Of a DNA stretch of 60,000 nucleotides, positions 1 through 12,400 are shown piece after piece. The notes under the pieces are model-generated. The model was given only the letters and a program-made list of their open reading frames with translations. It was not told the DNA's origin and searched no databases. Positions within the stretch are counted from its first letter, which is position 1. Each line of letters starts with the position of its first letter. The stretch covers positions 9,240,001 through 9,300,000 of the forward strand of contig NC_087263.1 of the NCBI RefSeq assembly GCF_037042905.1. The letters are read 5' to 3'. Position numbers and translations under genes: made by a program. Source of the stretch: Lytechinus pictus (lineage: Eukaryota).

Positions 1-218
1 CATATCGCGGGAAGTTATTCAAAAGCGCGGGCCGTTGAAACTCCAAGATCCGAAAGTGCGCATGCCCGGAATATCGGGCTTGTTGCCTCGCTCGAGCAGA
101 TATAGCTCCTCGTGGGATGGTGCAGACGGGGTTTCTTGAATCTCGAGATTAATCGCGAAGAGGGCTGATCGGGCTAAAATCTCGAGATTGAGCAAACTCG
201 GGATGGTGCAGCACCGCC
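1..218. mobile_element. Right end of a CpG-rich TIR-type repeat, truncated by the window start
   Basis: Repeated GGGATGGTGCAG and ATCTCGAGATT subterminal motifs ending ...GGTGCAGCACCGCC followed by TA; the left end is not visible. Confidence 0.35.
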
Positions 219-434
219 TATTGTGTTTGGGACCAGGAAACTTGCTTGATCTTTCACTAGTCTTTCAATGAACTTTCAATGATCTCCAGGGACTCTCTAA
301 ACTTCTGGCTGACCTATTAGGGATCTCAATGGTCTCTGATGTCTCCCAAACTTTTTGAAACAGCAGTGCAAAATAGTTTTACAGTGGTCTTTCAGGATAT
401 TACCATTGAGCTATTAATACAGATGATATTATAA

Positions 435-1654
435 GGTGGTTTCAAACCGCCTCGATCACAAGAATCCCTGTTTAATTACGAGATCTTTTTTCAGGCAAGT
501 AAATACCTGTTAATTCTCGCTACCCCAAATAGGAACAAAAATCTCATAATACGCGAGACGAGATAATTTTCACTCCGTCGGGTCGTCATCACCACTTCCG
601 GTTTAGAGTCGCATGCTCGCGCGAGGTTCGCGATACTGAGTTTTCCACCACGCTGAAATCGATGCCAATCAGCGTAATATGTACAGAGTATAATACTTTT
701 TATTACATTTGGTCAGTTTTTATTCCATTTGAATTATAAATAAAAATAAAAAATATATTTCACGTGAGAATAATTTTTATTCATGTTTTTATTTGGTTAT
801 AAAAAAATCAAACAAATAACGAATATCTTAAAATTTTGCATTTAGCGACCGGCCTGACATCACGATCGTATTCAACTAGACACTAAATATATTCAGCATT
901 CATTTCGTTCAATTTTTCGTCGACCACAAAATGGATAAAAATCAGTTTCGGAACTTAAAAAAATCTTAACTGACAGATGAATACCGTGCAATGGAAAGCG
1001 TCAGGCAGAATTAGTGACTTTAGCAGAAAAGGCTGTAAAACTGTTAGTGAAAGAGAGGGTTGTGATCACGAACTTTCCAAGCGAAAGCTACGTTGTGTTG
1101 TTGTGCATGACGGCACTGTTGATCTAAATGGCAAAACAGTGCATTGGACTTCCGAACAGGAAGTTGTAATACCGAAAAAGCTATCCCATAATGCAATGCA
1201 ATTACAGGGATTTTCCCGGATCTCGGCGAAATCGCTATTTGGGGTAGCGAGAATTATTCCCACATTCACACCGCCCCAAAACATACCCTTCGGGATAAGT
1301 TCCTGAAGTTACAAGCATGCGCAGTATACAGTCTGATAAGCAAACAAGGCGCGAGATTCAAAATCGCTAGCTCAGCAGCCACCAACGGCTCCCGCGCCCT
1401 ATACTACACGCAGTGCTAAAAGTTCCCGTAATTTGCTTTCACATTGCCAAAATACCTGCAACCTTGGTAAAATCCCCGCGAAAGTTCTCGTAATTTTGAC
1501 AAGTACCTACTATTTAGCGGGTATTTACTTTCGGGGAGATTACGCGTAATTTGCTTTTACATTTCCAAAATTACCTGGTATTTTCTGATCGGGGTAAATT
1601 TCCCGATCAGAAAATACCTGGAACTGACGAACTTCGAGGAGGTCTGAAACCACC
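435..1654. mobile_element. Non-autonomous DNA transposon, PIF/Harbinger-like (~1.2 kb)
   Basis: TIRs GGTGGTTTCAAACCGCCTCGA / TCGAGGAGGTCTGAAACCACC (19/21 match); flanks TAA and TAC; no transposase ORF. Confidence 0.75.
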
Positions 1655-1699
1655 TACAGTCTTCCCTAGGTTTCTACAGTCATTCTACTGAGATATTAA

Positions 1700-2596
1700 T
1701 ACCCCTTTCAAACTGGCCTCTTCATTTTTCCCCGGCGAACTTCTCCGGCACGCATTCCTCACTTCCCCGGCGAAGAAAAAAATGTAACCTTTCGCACTGA
1801 TATCTCTTCCTCAGCGAAAGTCGACGGATGATTTGCTAGGGTGGAAGTAAGTGCAGATCCGGTGTCAATGAAAGCGTGCGCTTTTTTTATTTGAATTTTA
1901 ATCGTACTCAGGTGTGTGTATGTGTATTTTAGTTTTTGTCAGACGTGTATCAATCAGATATGATTATTTACGTCTGGGACCGACCTTTAACGTCACCATC
2001 CGAAAGACGTGACCAGGGCTCGAACCTCGAACCTCTGCATCAATTCGTAACTTCCCCACATTAGCTTGGATTACAGGCGCACGCCACAACGCCCTTAATA
2101 ATTGCAGATATCTAATTAATTTTATCAGTGAAGTTTTGGAAATGACGGCTGGTAAACATTTCTCAGCTAATCAGCTCACTCGGCACATGCATGCAGAATT
2201 AGAACGAACAAAAAGAAAATTGTAAACATGATTGCTACTGATTACAAACTGTATGTTCGAGGGTATTTAACTCTATGGAAAGCATGGCCTTCCACATTTA
2301 GCCACGGAAATAATAGCTAGCTAGTGCGCGGAATCTAAGTTCAGGGGATTTCGGGGAGAAAAAAAATGACCTCTGACGTCATTAAAGAGGAGAAGTTCTC
2401 CGGTTACCTTTTATACTGGCCGTTTCTTTGGCGAACTTCGCTGGGGAAACAATTTCACTGGGGAAGTACTCCACCTCTCGAGTTGGACTGGAGAAGTTCG
2501 CTGGCAAAGTTACTGAAGTTATCCTGTGTACCTTTCATACTAAACACTTTCCCCTTCACTGGCGAACTTCGGGAAAAGCACAGTATGAAAGGGGTA
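1700..2596. mobile_element. Non-autonomous DNA transposon with TAA TSD (Harbinger-like)
   Basis: TIRs TACCCCTTTCA / TGAAAGGGGTA; TAA on both sides (1697-1699, 2597-2599); repeated GGCGAACTTC subterminal motifs. Confidence 0.8.
1882..2094 (-). mobile_element. SINE-like element with 7SL(Alu-domain)-like head, B-box and Deu/Nin-like core
   Basis: Minus strand begins GGGCGTTGTGGCGTGCGCCTGTAATCCAAGCTA (7SL 5' like), then B-box GGTTCGAGCCC, then GTCTTTCGGATGGTGACGTTAAAGGTCGGTCC, then a CA/A-rich tail. Confidence 0.7.
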
Positions 2597-3089
2597 TAAA
2601 TTTCATTGATCTTGGAAACTACTGAAAAACCATGCCAATATATTGTCTTTCACCCATCTTGCAAGCATCTTTTTCAAAATGGGGGCTTTGACCAGTATTA
2701 TGAAAACTTTACGCACATTTTTTTGTCAGGTTTTATTTTTACTGTATGTCTGAACAGGCCTATCTTGTCTGATAACCTTTATAATGAAGAGGTCTAGGAG
2801 ATAATGACTGATTGCTTTACTGCCTTGCCCTGTAAAGTTCCTGGATTGTTTGTACAACATGATAACGAGCAATTGAAAGGGGATTAATGTATCCAGTCAT
2901 TGATTTACAAGTCAGGGCCCGCAGAACTGGCAGGGGCAGAGGAGGCTTCAGCTCCTCCCGCTTCCAAAACCGCTCCGCAGCAAAAGGAAATTAGGCCTAC
3001 ATGCTTACCCCAAAAGATATTATCATAATAATTATGATAATAATATTTACAGTTCTGGTACATATATTATAATCATAACATCTCTATTA

Positions 3090-3586
3090 TGCTTTTCACA
3101 CTGCATTTCCTTAACCCCATACTATCCCTAATCCTGGACTATCCTTAACCCCATACTATCTTTTTTTTAATTCACACTGTCTTTCTTAACCCCATACTAT
3201 CTGCTCAGCCGGGGATAATGCCTTAACCCCGGACTATCCCTCAGCTCATGAATATTGATCATTTTACTATACAGAGCGTGATTAATGTGCAATTCGACTT
3301 CCGTGGCTTATGCTTAGCCCCACTTTCCTTAGCCCTTTTTCGTTTTCACACTGCATCTTTTAGCACCGCAATTGTGGTGCTAGCACCACAATAAGCCGGC
3401 TAACCCTGCTTTTTTGCAGGGCCAGATAGTACCGTACTATTTACCGTGCTAGCCCACTTTGCTAAAACGTAGTGTGAAAACGAGGTGGGCTAAGCTTAAC
3501 CCCGGGTTAAGCTGGTGGGGCTAAGGCCCCCCCTTAGCCCCACCAATTTCCTGGGGTTAAGGAAAAAAAGTGCAGTGTGAAAAGCA
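3090..3586. mobile_element. MITE (~500 bp) with TGCTTTTCACACTGCA TIRs
   Basis: Perfect 16-bp TIR, TA on both sides, multiple internal CTTAACCCC/CTTAGCCCC repeats. Confidence 0.8.
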
Positions 3587-3616
3587 TATACTATATGTGC
3601 TTCTAAAGGACTTGGA

Positions 3617-3870
3617 TATTATTACCCCCAGCTTTTTAATAGTACTACACATGCATTTCAAGGAATCAATTCCTACGAGGTATCCACATTGTGCTGCTCT
3701 CGACCCAGGTGAGGTAAATGGGTACCTCATAGGAATTGATTCCTTGAAAAGCGTGTGTGCTATAAAAAAGCTTTGCTGGAGGAAACTACGCCATGGCTGG
3801 GATTTGAACCCACAACCCTCTGTTTCAAAGTCCGGAGACTACTTGTAATCCACAGGGCCACAACGCTCCA
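3617..3870 (-). mobile_element. tRNA-derived SINE copy with internal inversion/duplication
   Basis: Head (3870-3770) matches the SINE at 8616 in reverse; the central segment is in the opposite orientation and flanked by a 31-bp inverted repeat. Confidence 0.7.
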
Positions 3871-3933
3871 CATTTTATTGTTAAGGCTGTAGCAAACAGT
3901 GCATCTAGGGCTCAACTTAATCCCAGGCCACCA

Positions 3934-4318
3934 ATTTGGTGGATTCACAATACAGTGCGCCATCTATCTGTTGCAGCGAACAGGCCAAATTTATTATTTT
4001 GGGGTCGACATTGCGCGCAGGCGCAGGAAGCACACAGTGCTAGTGCTTGAAAAATGAAAACCATATGGCAAGAATTCACAAAACACGGTCTATATTTCGC
4101 AAAGAAATATGCAGGCAAATTTTTCTCCTACCCCCTGGACCCTAGTAAACAGCATATCCCGTCGAGTTGCGTCGACCAGCGCTGAATAATCGCATGCATG
4201 CATTCACTTTATTACTAGCACGCGCAACAGATGTCAACTTTTTCCCATGATGCATTGTGAATTTTGGCCTGTCCGCTGCAACCGATAGATGGCGCACCGT
4301 ATTGTGAATCCACCAAAT
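3934..4318. mobile_element. MITE with ~55-bp TIRs
   Basis: ATTTGGTGGATTCACAATACAGTGCGCCATCTATC... is mirrored by ...GATAGATGGCGCACCGTATTGTGAATCCACCAAAT. Confidence 0.8.
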
Positions 4319-4449
4319 ATTATGGCCCATGTAGGCCCTTTTGATTGTCCCCTATGCCCCTCTCATTATCCTTGGAAAGGCGGTCTTGCCTTTAATAAAT
4401 GATTTTTTTAATACAAAGAATCAATGGCTGAACAATATTCAGTGGCCAC

Positions 4450-4682
4450 TACAAGTAAGAACGATGTTTAAAATTTGATACAATGCTGTTTACGATATGA
4501 ACCTTACACTTCATTGTTTAACCGTTTAAACAATCATGCTTAATTCATTGAGAATGAAATATCAAATATTCAACTTTGTTATTTATGATTTTAAACACTT
4601 GTTTAACCGTTTAAACAACTGCTGTAAGGTTCATATATTAAGCAGTGTTGTATAAAAAATTAAACAGCGTTTTTACTGTGTA
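4450..4682. mobile_element. Palindromic foldback MITE (TACACAGTAAAAA family)
   Basis: Imperfect palindrome with TTTAACCGTTTAAACAA in both halves; related partial copy at ~23247-23390. Confidence 0.6.
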
Positions 4683-5609
4683 CGCTTTTGTACTTAAGAT
4701 TTTGGAATGTTTTTATTGACGAGTTTAATTCTCATACTCTCATTAATGACCCTTCATAAATGCTAAGGCCTAATGCGAGCATGAAGCGGAAGTGCAATTT
4801 TTTTATGCTTAGACCTTGAAAGATGACTTTTTATAAAGCTTATTTGTACTCATGCACAGTGTATGTAGATTATACTGTAGAAGAGGTGAAAGATGATTCC
4901 AATGTAAATTTACTATAAAACATAATGTCACAAATTTGGTGGGCGTTTTTCATATCATTTTGTCCTGTGTTTTCAATATAAACATTGCATGGCAATGCAT
5001 AGCTTTTTAGAAGTCCATTATTGAAGAGTCTAACAAATAGACTTACTTTCCTTGAATCAAATTTCCAATATTGATTTGATTTATTGTTTCACATTCCACA
5101 AAAACATACAGCTTGAACATATGAGAAGATGATGACAAAAAATACATGTTTTTTGTATTTTACAAAGAAATACAATATAAAGATATATGCGGAACCTATT
5201 AAAAAGCATAGCTTGTAGACATAGGTTCCCGGAAGAGAATAATGAAGGATTAAAAACTCCTATAAACGCAATGAAGCGAGACAAATCAAATGAAGAAAAA
5301 TAATCAATACATTATAAAGAGTTATATATGGTAGTCAATCGAGCGAGGCGTTTAATAATATAAAGACAAATAAAAAGAAAAAAATCCTAAATTCTGAAAT
5401 ATGAACACAGCCCAATCATAAACAAGTTTGAATATACAATATAAAGACAAGTTGAACAAAAAATCCTGAATGCTGTATTAAATATGAACACAGCCAACTG
5501 GAGAAATCAAAAACAATTTCACAAACATGATGCAAGAATGACAACAAAGAGGAAACTAGAACTGCAATCGTTTCAGAACGATGTGCATGCATTGACGTGT
5601 CTGATTGAA

Positions 5610-5790
5610 AGGTCAAGTCCACCTCAGAAAAATGTTGATTTGAATCAATAGGGAAAAATCAGACAAGCACAATGCTGAAAATTTTATCAAAATTGGATGT
5701 AATATAAGAAAGTTATGACATTTCAAAGTTTCGCTTATTTTTAACAAAATAGTTACATGAACGAGCCAGTTACATCCAAATGAGGAAGAT
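5610..5790. mobile_element. Truncated Kolobok-type MITE (AGGTCAAGTCCAC family)
   Basis: Matches the left arm of the element at 10233. Confidence 0.7.
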
Positions 5791-7481
5791 GATGATCATG
5801 TTACCATCACCAAACCCTGAAAATGTCAGACCGAAATGATTGAAAACAAGAAAGTTATGGCCATTTTACTATTTTTGATTTTTCAATAGAGGGCGCTTTT
5901 TTAAAGGTAATGGTCACTGATGCGTACAACACATGTGGATTATGTGGAATGATACAATAAGCATACCCTGAAAATATGAACGAGCCAGTTACATACAAAT
6001 GAGAGAGGTGATGATGTCACTCACTCAAAAAGGCGCATGCACTGTCATGCATGAATGATTTTTGAAAATGAAATAAAAGGTACACAATAATGCATCATAA
6101 ACAACATGTCTACCAAATCGGAATGAATTTGGATGAGGAGCGGAGGCAGGGGAGGACTAACAAAAATTACATGTTAATCAAATTGCATTTTGGTACATTT
6201 TGCGCCCCATAGGAAGCTACATTCTCGAGTCAACCATTTTAGACCATATGGCCCCCCATAGATTAAGTTCGTATTTGCGTGAAACAGATCCCATAGAGGC
6301 ATAGACATTGTGTACAATTCTGCTGTTGATATTTGTGCATTGTGACTAGTATACCATGTGTTCAGATTGGCTTATCTTGAAATTTTCTGTTGTAACCTAT
6401 GTCGTATTTGGTATCAGTGGAAAGAGCATTCCAATGCGGTGACATTGATACCACTTTAATTTGTGCGCAGGCAATAGACCGGAAGTAAATGCCATATAAA
6501 GAAAGACATTAAAAATGACAGTTTTTCACAATAATTTTAAGCTGACGTGAGCTCTATGTCAGTTTCTGCCACAAAAGGTTGACGAACGGTTAAAGTATAT
6601 ATCAATACTCATATCTGCCAAGTTAGAAAGGATAAGCTTCAATAATAAGGAAATAAGAGCAAGTTGAAGTTGTGCTGGCATTATAGTGCATTTTTGCGTA
6701 TTTTGCTGATTTTCGGGAGCATTTTTCAGATATTTCGTCAGCAGTAAGGTATATATTTTTCTAAATGGCATGAAAGGGCATATCTTGAACACCCTAAATT
6801 TAAAAAAGGGTACGGGTTTGGCCATGCATGACGAAATGAGGAGCATTCAAAGGTAAGCGTTTTTGAAACTTTAGAGGGCGCTGTTTCAATACCGGAAGGT
6901 CAATGATGCGTGAAAACTAACTCGTAAGTATGATATGGTGCCAGTAATTCTTCCTGAAAATATTAGCTCGAATTGAATAAAAAAAAGAAAGTTATGGCCA
7001 TTTCACGATTTTTTGACTTTACATTTCAATAAATATGACGTTTTTGAAGGAAGGCTATTTCGGATTTGAATTTAGGGCATGAAGATGGCATTTTGAAGGT
7101 CAGGTTATACGTCGCAAATGATGGGGCAACTCTTTGACTATCTATAGCAATTTGTTAGAAGTCTGTAGCATGCAGGATGCGGGAGTTAGGACGAGATTAG
7201 TAATGGTATGCAAATGGACTTGAAATTTACAAAATGGCGCCTAGATGGTCATGCATGAGTGATTTTGAAAAAAGGAAGACGAGGGGCACAACTAGGGATG
7301 CTGGACAACATGTCTACGAAGTTTGGATGAATTTGGATGAGGGACGGAGCCAGGGCAGAGCTAACAAACACCATGTGTTAAACAAATGGGATTTTGTGGA
7401 AGAAGAAGAAGAAGAAGAAGACGACGGAATAGGAATACGGAACAAGAACAATGCATTGTCGCCGTTGGGCGTCAATGCAAT
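5790..7481 (+). mobile_element. Helentron/DINE-like non-autonomous element (5' end uncertain)
   Basis: Diverged internal repeats (~6030-6180 vs ~7235-7385), (GAA)n tract at 7399-7420, terminal hairpin TGCATTGTCGCC-GTTG-GGCGTCAATGCA. Confidence 0.5.
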
Positions 7482-8202
7482 TACGAATTTCAAGCTGTAA
7501 AGGATCTGTTCAAGAGTGCAGGTGTCTCATTGGAGATCAACAAAAAGAAAAGAAGTGCAAGCATGGGCAGGCAATGCCTCCCCCCCCCTCAAATTATTGG
7601 ATCTTTTACAGCAGCCCATGAGTAGGCAGTCCCCCCCCCCCCAACCATTATGTTCTCATATGTTCAGGACAAAAGTGTTTTTCAATATATATTGACATTT
7701 GACAAGTAGTACTAGCTACCTTTTAAAAGGCACAAATAACTTTATCTCCTATTATTATTGTTAGTCTTTGAAACGTGCCCCCCTCCCCCACCCTCACCCT
7801 CAGGTAATGAACAATACTTGAAATGCCACTGGAAAAAATCATGACTGTTTTTCGTAAACAACATTGTGCAAGTTAATGAGGTATTGCCAACATGAATTGA
7901 ACATTAGTGCGCTCTGGAAATCCCCATGAATTCCTGCTTATCCTTGTTTGGAATAACAAAATACAAAGAGGAAGGATTTTTCCAATATTGTAAGAAAGAA
8001 ATAATCACCCTGTTTTTCCTCAATCCCCTCATGCAGGATCTGGATTTTCAGCTTCAACAAAAACAAATTGTGTACAGTCGCTTCCTTGCAATTGTAAATG
8101 GGCATTTTTTTATGTTGTTGAAACACAGATTGAGATCACATGGGTTAACAAAGATTTTTTTTTAATCTGAGCTGCAAGGCTCCATCTGCAGTGTCTGTGA
8201 AT

Positions 8203-8604
8203 GGGTAAATTGCCAATTCGTCCACTGCCAACTCGTCCACTCACCACATGGTCTACCTTCATTTAATAGTCTAATGCTATTCCGTCCATCAACATTTCGT
8301 TTTAACAACCATTTGGTCAAATCATCACTTCATCTAATCACCAGTTGGTCTATGACTATTCCGTCTCATAACCAGCTGGTCTAATATTTGTTTTATTTTC
8401 ATTCATTTTGCCAAATAACAGTCTAATAGACCAAATGGTATATGGACTAAATGGCTATTGGACCTTCTGGTTTCTAGATGAAATGGTGAGTGGACGAAAT
8501 GGCAGTTAGACCATGTGGATATTAGACGAACTGATAGTAGACCAAATGATAGTAGACGAGTTGGCAATTGGACGAATTGGCATTAGACCAAATGAAAATA
8601 AACC
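8203..8604. mobile_element. MITE built from ~15-bp TAGACCAAATG-like units in inverted arms
   Basis: TTCGTCCA/TTGGTCTA repeats on the left mirrored by TAGACCAA/TGGACGAA repeats on the right; related fragments near 15180-15380 and 49384. Confidence 0.6.
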
Positions 8605-8615
8605 TGTGAATGTTG

Positions 8616-8830
8616 TAGAGCATTGTGGCCCTGTGGATTAGTCTCTGGACTTTGAAACAGGTGGTCATGGGTTCGAATCCTAGCCATGGTGTAATTTCCT
8701 TCAGCAAGAAATTGATCCACAATGTGCTGCACTCCACCCAGGAGAAGTAAATTGGTAATGGCAAGAGGCAAATTCCTCAAAAAGCTGTGAGTTGTGAGTA
8801 CCGGAATCAGTAGACTAGCTTAGCCGGGAA
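8616..8830 (+). mobile_element. tRNA-derived SINE
   Basis: A-box-like TGGCCCTGTGG, B-box GGTTCGAATCC, body TGTGCTGCACTCCACCCAGG shared with copies at 3617, 32636 and 53385. Confidence 0.8.
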
Positions 8831-9642
8831 ATATTTTCTTGCAGGATTTTCTGCATTTATTGGATTGAATATACAATTTTTACAAAATAAATTTACAGTG
8901 CATGAAACATAATCAATGAATCATGAATGAATATTCCCCCCAGGGTGTTTTTTATCCATATACATCAAATTACAATAATCATTATAAAAGGTCATGAAAT
9001 TTTTTAAAAGGGGGTCCTTAATTTTTGTTAACCTATCTTTAAACAAGAGAAAAATAATTGGGCCAATAAAGTAACAAAACAGGTCTGACTGCAAATGAAA
9101 TGTTTGGAGCTTCACGTGAAAGAGGCCAAGTCAAGTGCACGGGGGAGCAGGGGTAGATAGACATGATACCACTGTACTACTAAGAAGTTCATGAGTAAAT
9201 GTCAAAAGGGTGACAAATTATTTCCAGAGAAAGGGGGATGAGTGAACTTGTCAAGGTCATGAAAGAGGAACGGACAACTGCTTCCCCTTCACCAACGATC
9301 ACGGGTTCCCCCCGGGGAAATCAGCGTACTCGCTAGACAAATACGGGTCCTTCCGTAAACAAGATTACAATACGGCAAACAGGGGGGAGGGCGGGCGGCA
9401 GCGGTGAGGTGAGTAAGAGGTCTGCGGTGGCCCAGAATTCAAGTGGAATTTGGAGGAGCAGAGAGGGGAGGGAGCCATTGCCATGTTCAATTTGTAATCT
9501 TCTTTATACGGAGGTTATGGGCAATATTGTGGGAAATGGAAATTCCTACAAGCCAAACTTCAAGGATTTAAAACATACATCTTATATGGTTCATAATTTT
9601 GAATTTGTTGAACTCAGACTGAATGAATGGCAATCATCTTAA

Positions 9643-10228
9643 AGGGATGGTCCAAGCTGGAGATATGCATATTCCAATAGAGTAAAATTCTCAAAGCAAA
9701 ATGCTCAAAATTTGATCAAATTCGGATAACAAATAATGTAGTTATTGAATTTTAAAGATTTGCATTATTCCGGTGAAAGAGTTCTAGGCATGTCTTTATG
9801 AATATTCATTAGATGGGCTGATGATGTCATATCCCCACTTGTTCTTTTGTATTTTATTATATGAAATTAGGTTTATTCAAATTTTTCTACCAAAAACTAA
9901 AACAATTGGATTGACAACTGATTAAGTGCATTAGTTTGTTGCCGCAACTTATTTCATCATAAGGGAGACATATCATTTACACATGTATGAAAAATGAAAC
10001 ATTTATGATTCCATGTAATAACATTAGAAAAAGGAAAGTGGGGATGTGACATCCTCAGCCCACCTCATGAATATTCATGACGATGTGCAATTAACTGTTT
10101 TCACAAAATTTGTATAAACTTTAAAATTCAATAACCTTGTTATTTGTTATCCGATTTTGATGAAATTTTCAGCCTTTTGCTCTGTGAATTTTACAGATAT
10201 ATAAATATTTTCAGCCCGGACCATCCCT
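9643..10228. mobile_element. Kolobok-type foldback MITE (AGGGATGGTCC family)
   Basis: TTAA|AGGGATGGTCC ... GGACCATCCCT|TTAA with long inverted arms. Confidence 0.85.
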
Positions 10229-10232
10229 TTAA

Positions 10233-10835
10233 AGGTCAAGTCCACCCCAGAATAATGTTTATTTGAATAAATAGAGAAAAATCAAACTAGCATAACGCTG
10301 AAAATTTCATCTAAATCGGATGTAAAATAAGAAAGTTATGACATTTTTAAGTTCCACTTATTTTTCACAAAACAGTGATATGCTCAACTCAGTTGCATGC
10401 AAATGAGACAGTCAATGATGTCCATCACTCACTATTTCTTTTGTTTTTTATTGTTTGAATTATACAATATTTCATTTTTTACGGATTCGACAATAAGGAC
10501 CAACTTGACTGAGCCATATAGTATTAAACAATGTTAGTCCCACATGTTCAGGGCGGAATTGATCGTTGTTTCACTTGACAATGAGGAGAAAATTAGAATA
10601 TTTCACATTTCACATAATAAAATACAAAAGAAGTAGTGAGTGGATGACGTCACCAGTCTCCTCATTTGCATACCAATCAGGATGTGCATATAACTGTTTT
10701 GTGAAATTAAGCGAAACTTTAGAATATCATAACTTTCTTATTTTACATCCGCTTTTGATGAAATTTTCAGCCGTAGACTTGTTGGATTTTTCTCTTTTTA
10801 TTCAAATCAACCTTTTGTTGGGATGGATTTGTCCT
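10233..10835. mobile_element. Kolobok-type foldback MITE (AGGTCAAGTCCAC family)
   Basis: TTAA|AGGTCAAGTCCACCCC ... GGATTTGTCCT|TTAA; shares its left TTAA with the preceding element. Confidence 0.85.
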
Positions 10836-12236
10836 TTAAGCTACTTTGGGCGGGTTTTGCCCTCACACTGCACTTCAAGAAGCTTTGCAACATTTGACAC
10901 AGTTTAGTCATGTTATGCAAGCATGTCAGTTTGTGCATGTACCTGCAAAATCTCTGACCCATGCAGTTCAATGATAATGACTTCCCCGACTTCTAAGAAA
11001 TCAAACCATAATAATAATAATCACCAAGATATTGTATATCAAAGTACTTCCGTTTTGAAGGAATCTATCCAGCTGTTTTCATATGATATTATTCATCTAG
11101 AAATATAAACTTGACTGATAATTATGTTGAAATTTCTATCTGGAGTTTCAAATTGAAAAATCAAAACTGAAATTCAAATTCAAATTCACATTATCAGAAT
11201 TTTTTTCTGCAAAATGAATATAATTTTTTTACATTTATGAGTTATTTTTGCACAAATCTAGTATTGCTTTTACGCAGGGTTTTGTGCACCTTGTCCTCTT
11301 GAAAATCGTAGAGTCTGTATCCAAGCTGCCAAGGAATTTTGTATTTTTTTTTGCTTAAAGGCAACTTTGAGCAATTATATCATTGTCACTGAAGGATACA
11401 CAGTAACCTACATTTCTTTATTACAATTTACAAGGCAGATTTCATATCTCCATTTGTATATCTTATGGAAAAAGTGAAAAAAATTCACCACTTTTACATA
11501 TTTCAAAATTATCTGAAAATTGTCATGACTTTTTACTCAGAATATTCAAGAATACCTACTTAGTATTTCATGAATCTGGTGACGATCTCACATGGCGCAA
11601 CAACAATACAGCTCATTTTGGCAATGTAGGACATTAAAAATAGTAATAACAAAAATACAGCCAACCCAAAATTTTAACCTATATAGTAATCCAGCTCTTA
11701 TCCGCATTAATCCTTCAATGCGAAAGGGGTATTTATTGCATCCTGGTTCTGCTGGGCTAGACATTGAGTATCAGTTTCGATGCTCTTTAAGGTTTCTTGT
11801 TCATAAATTCTAATGAGAGATCATACCGAAGCATCAAGATATGCATCAAACAGCAAGTACCGTAATACTTGTGTGGAATCATATATTGTACAACGCCTAC
11901 TTAGCTTGTTGTACGCGAGCAAATGGGAGGCTGAATGTCAATCATTCGTACTGTTGCACAAAAGACGTACCATCCAAAATGTACCGTTGCACGGCTTTAG
12001 GAGGTGACGTCACAATACGATTTAATTCATTGCGCTCAGTAAAAATGAAGGTGCAATACGCGTATAAGCCTGCTGGCTAAATGCGCAATGCTGCCCAGGG
12101 TCATGTGCGCTCAGTGTGCACTTGTGGGATTTTGCTTTTCACTTTCAGTATTTTTGCTCCCTTTTCATAGATTACTACAGGGATAAACTCTTTTTTTTTC
12201 TTCATATTTTCGCTATATTCCCAGGCGTTGTACAAC

Positions 12237-12400
12237 ACAAATAGCGAATATTCTTATTCGTGCAATGGTGCGAGATTTCGCATGAGGTGAAAGAAAGATG
12301 CTCTATTCAACGAGGCGTTAGCCGAGTTGAATAGAGCGTCTCTTTCTTTCACCTCATGCGAAATCTCGCACCATCGCACTCATGCCTATTCGCTATTTGT
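12237..12400. repeat. Near-perfect ~164-bp hairpin/palindrome
   Basis: TGGTGCGAGATTTCGCATGAGGTGAAAGAAAGA has its exact reverse complement downstream; centre CGAGGCGTTAGCCGAG. Confidence 0.85.

Noticed and set aside
977..1306. Transposase ORF in the 435-1654 element
   Set aside because: 109 aa with no recognisable DDE, Myb/SANT or other domain.
2015..2094. Functional 7SL (SRP) RNA gene
   Set aside because: Similarity stops after about 35-45 nt; there is no S domain and the rest is SINE-like.
8616..8690. tRNA gene
   Set aside because: The A/B boxes continue into a SINE body shared by several dispersed copies, and no intact cloverleaf is evident.
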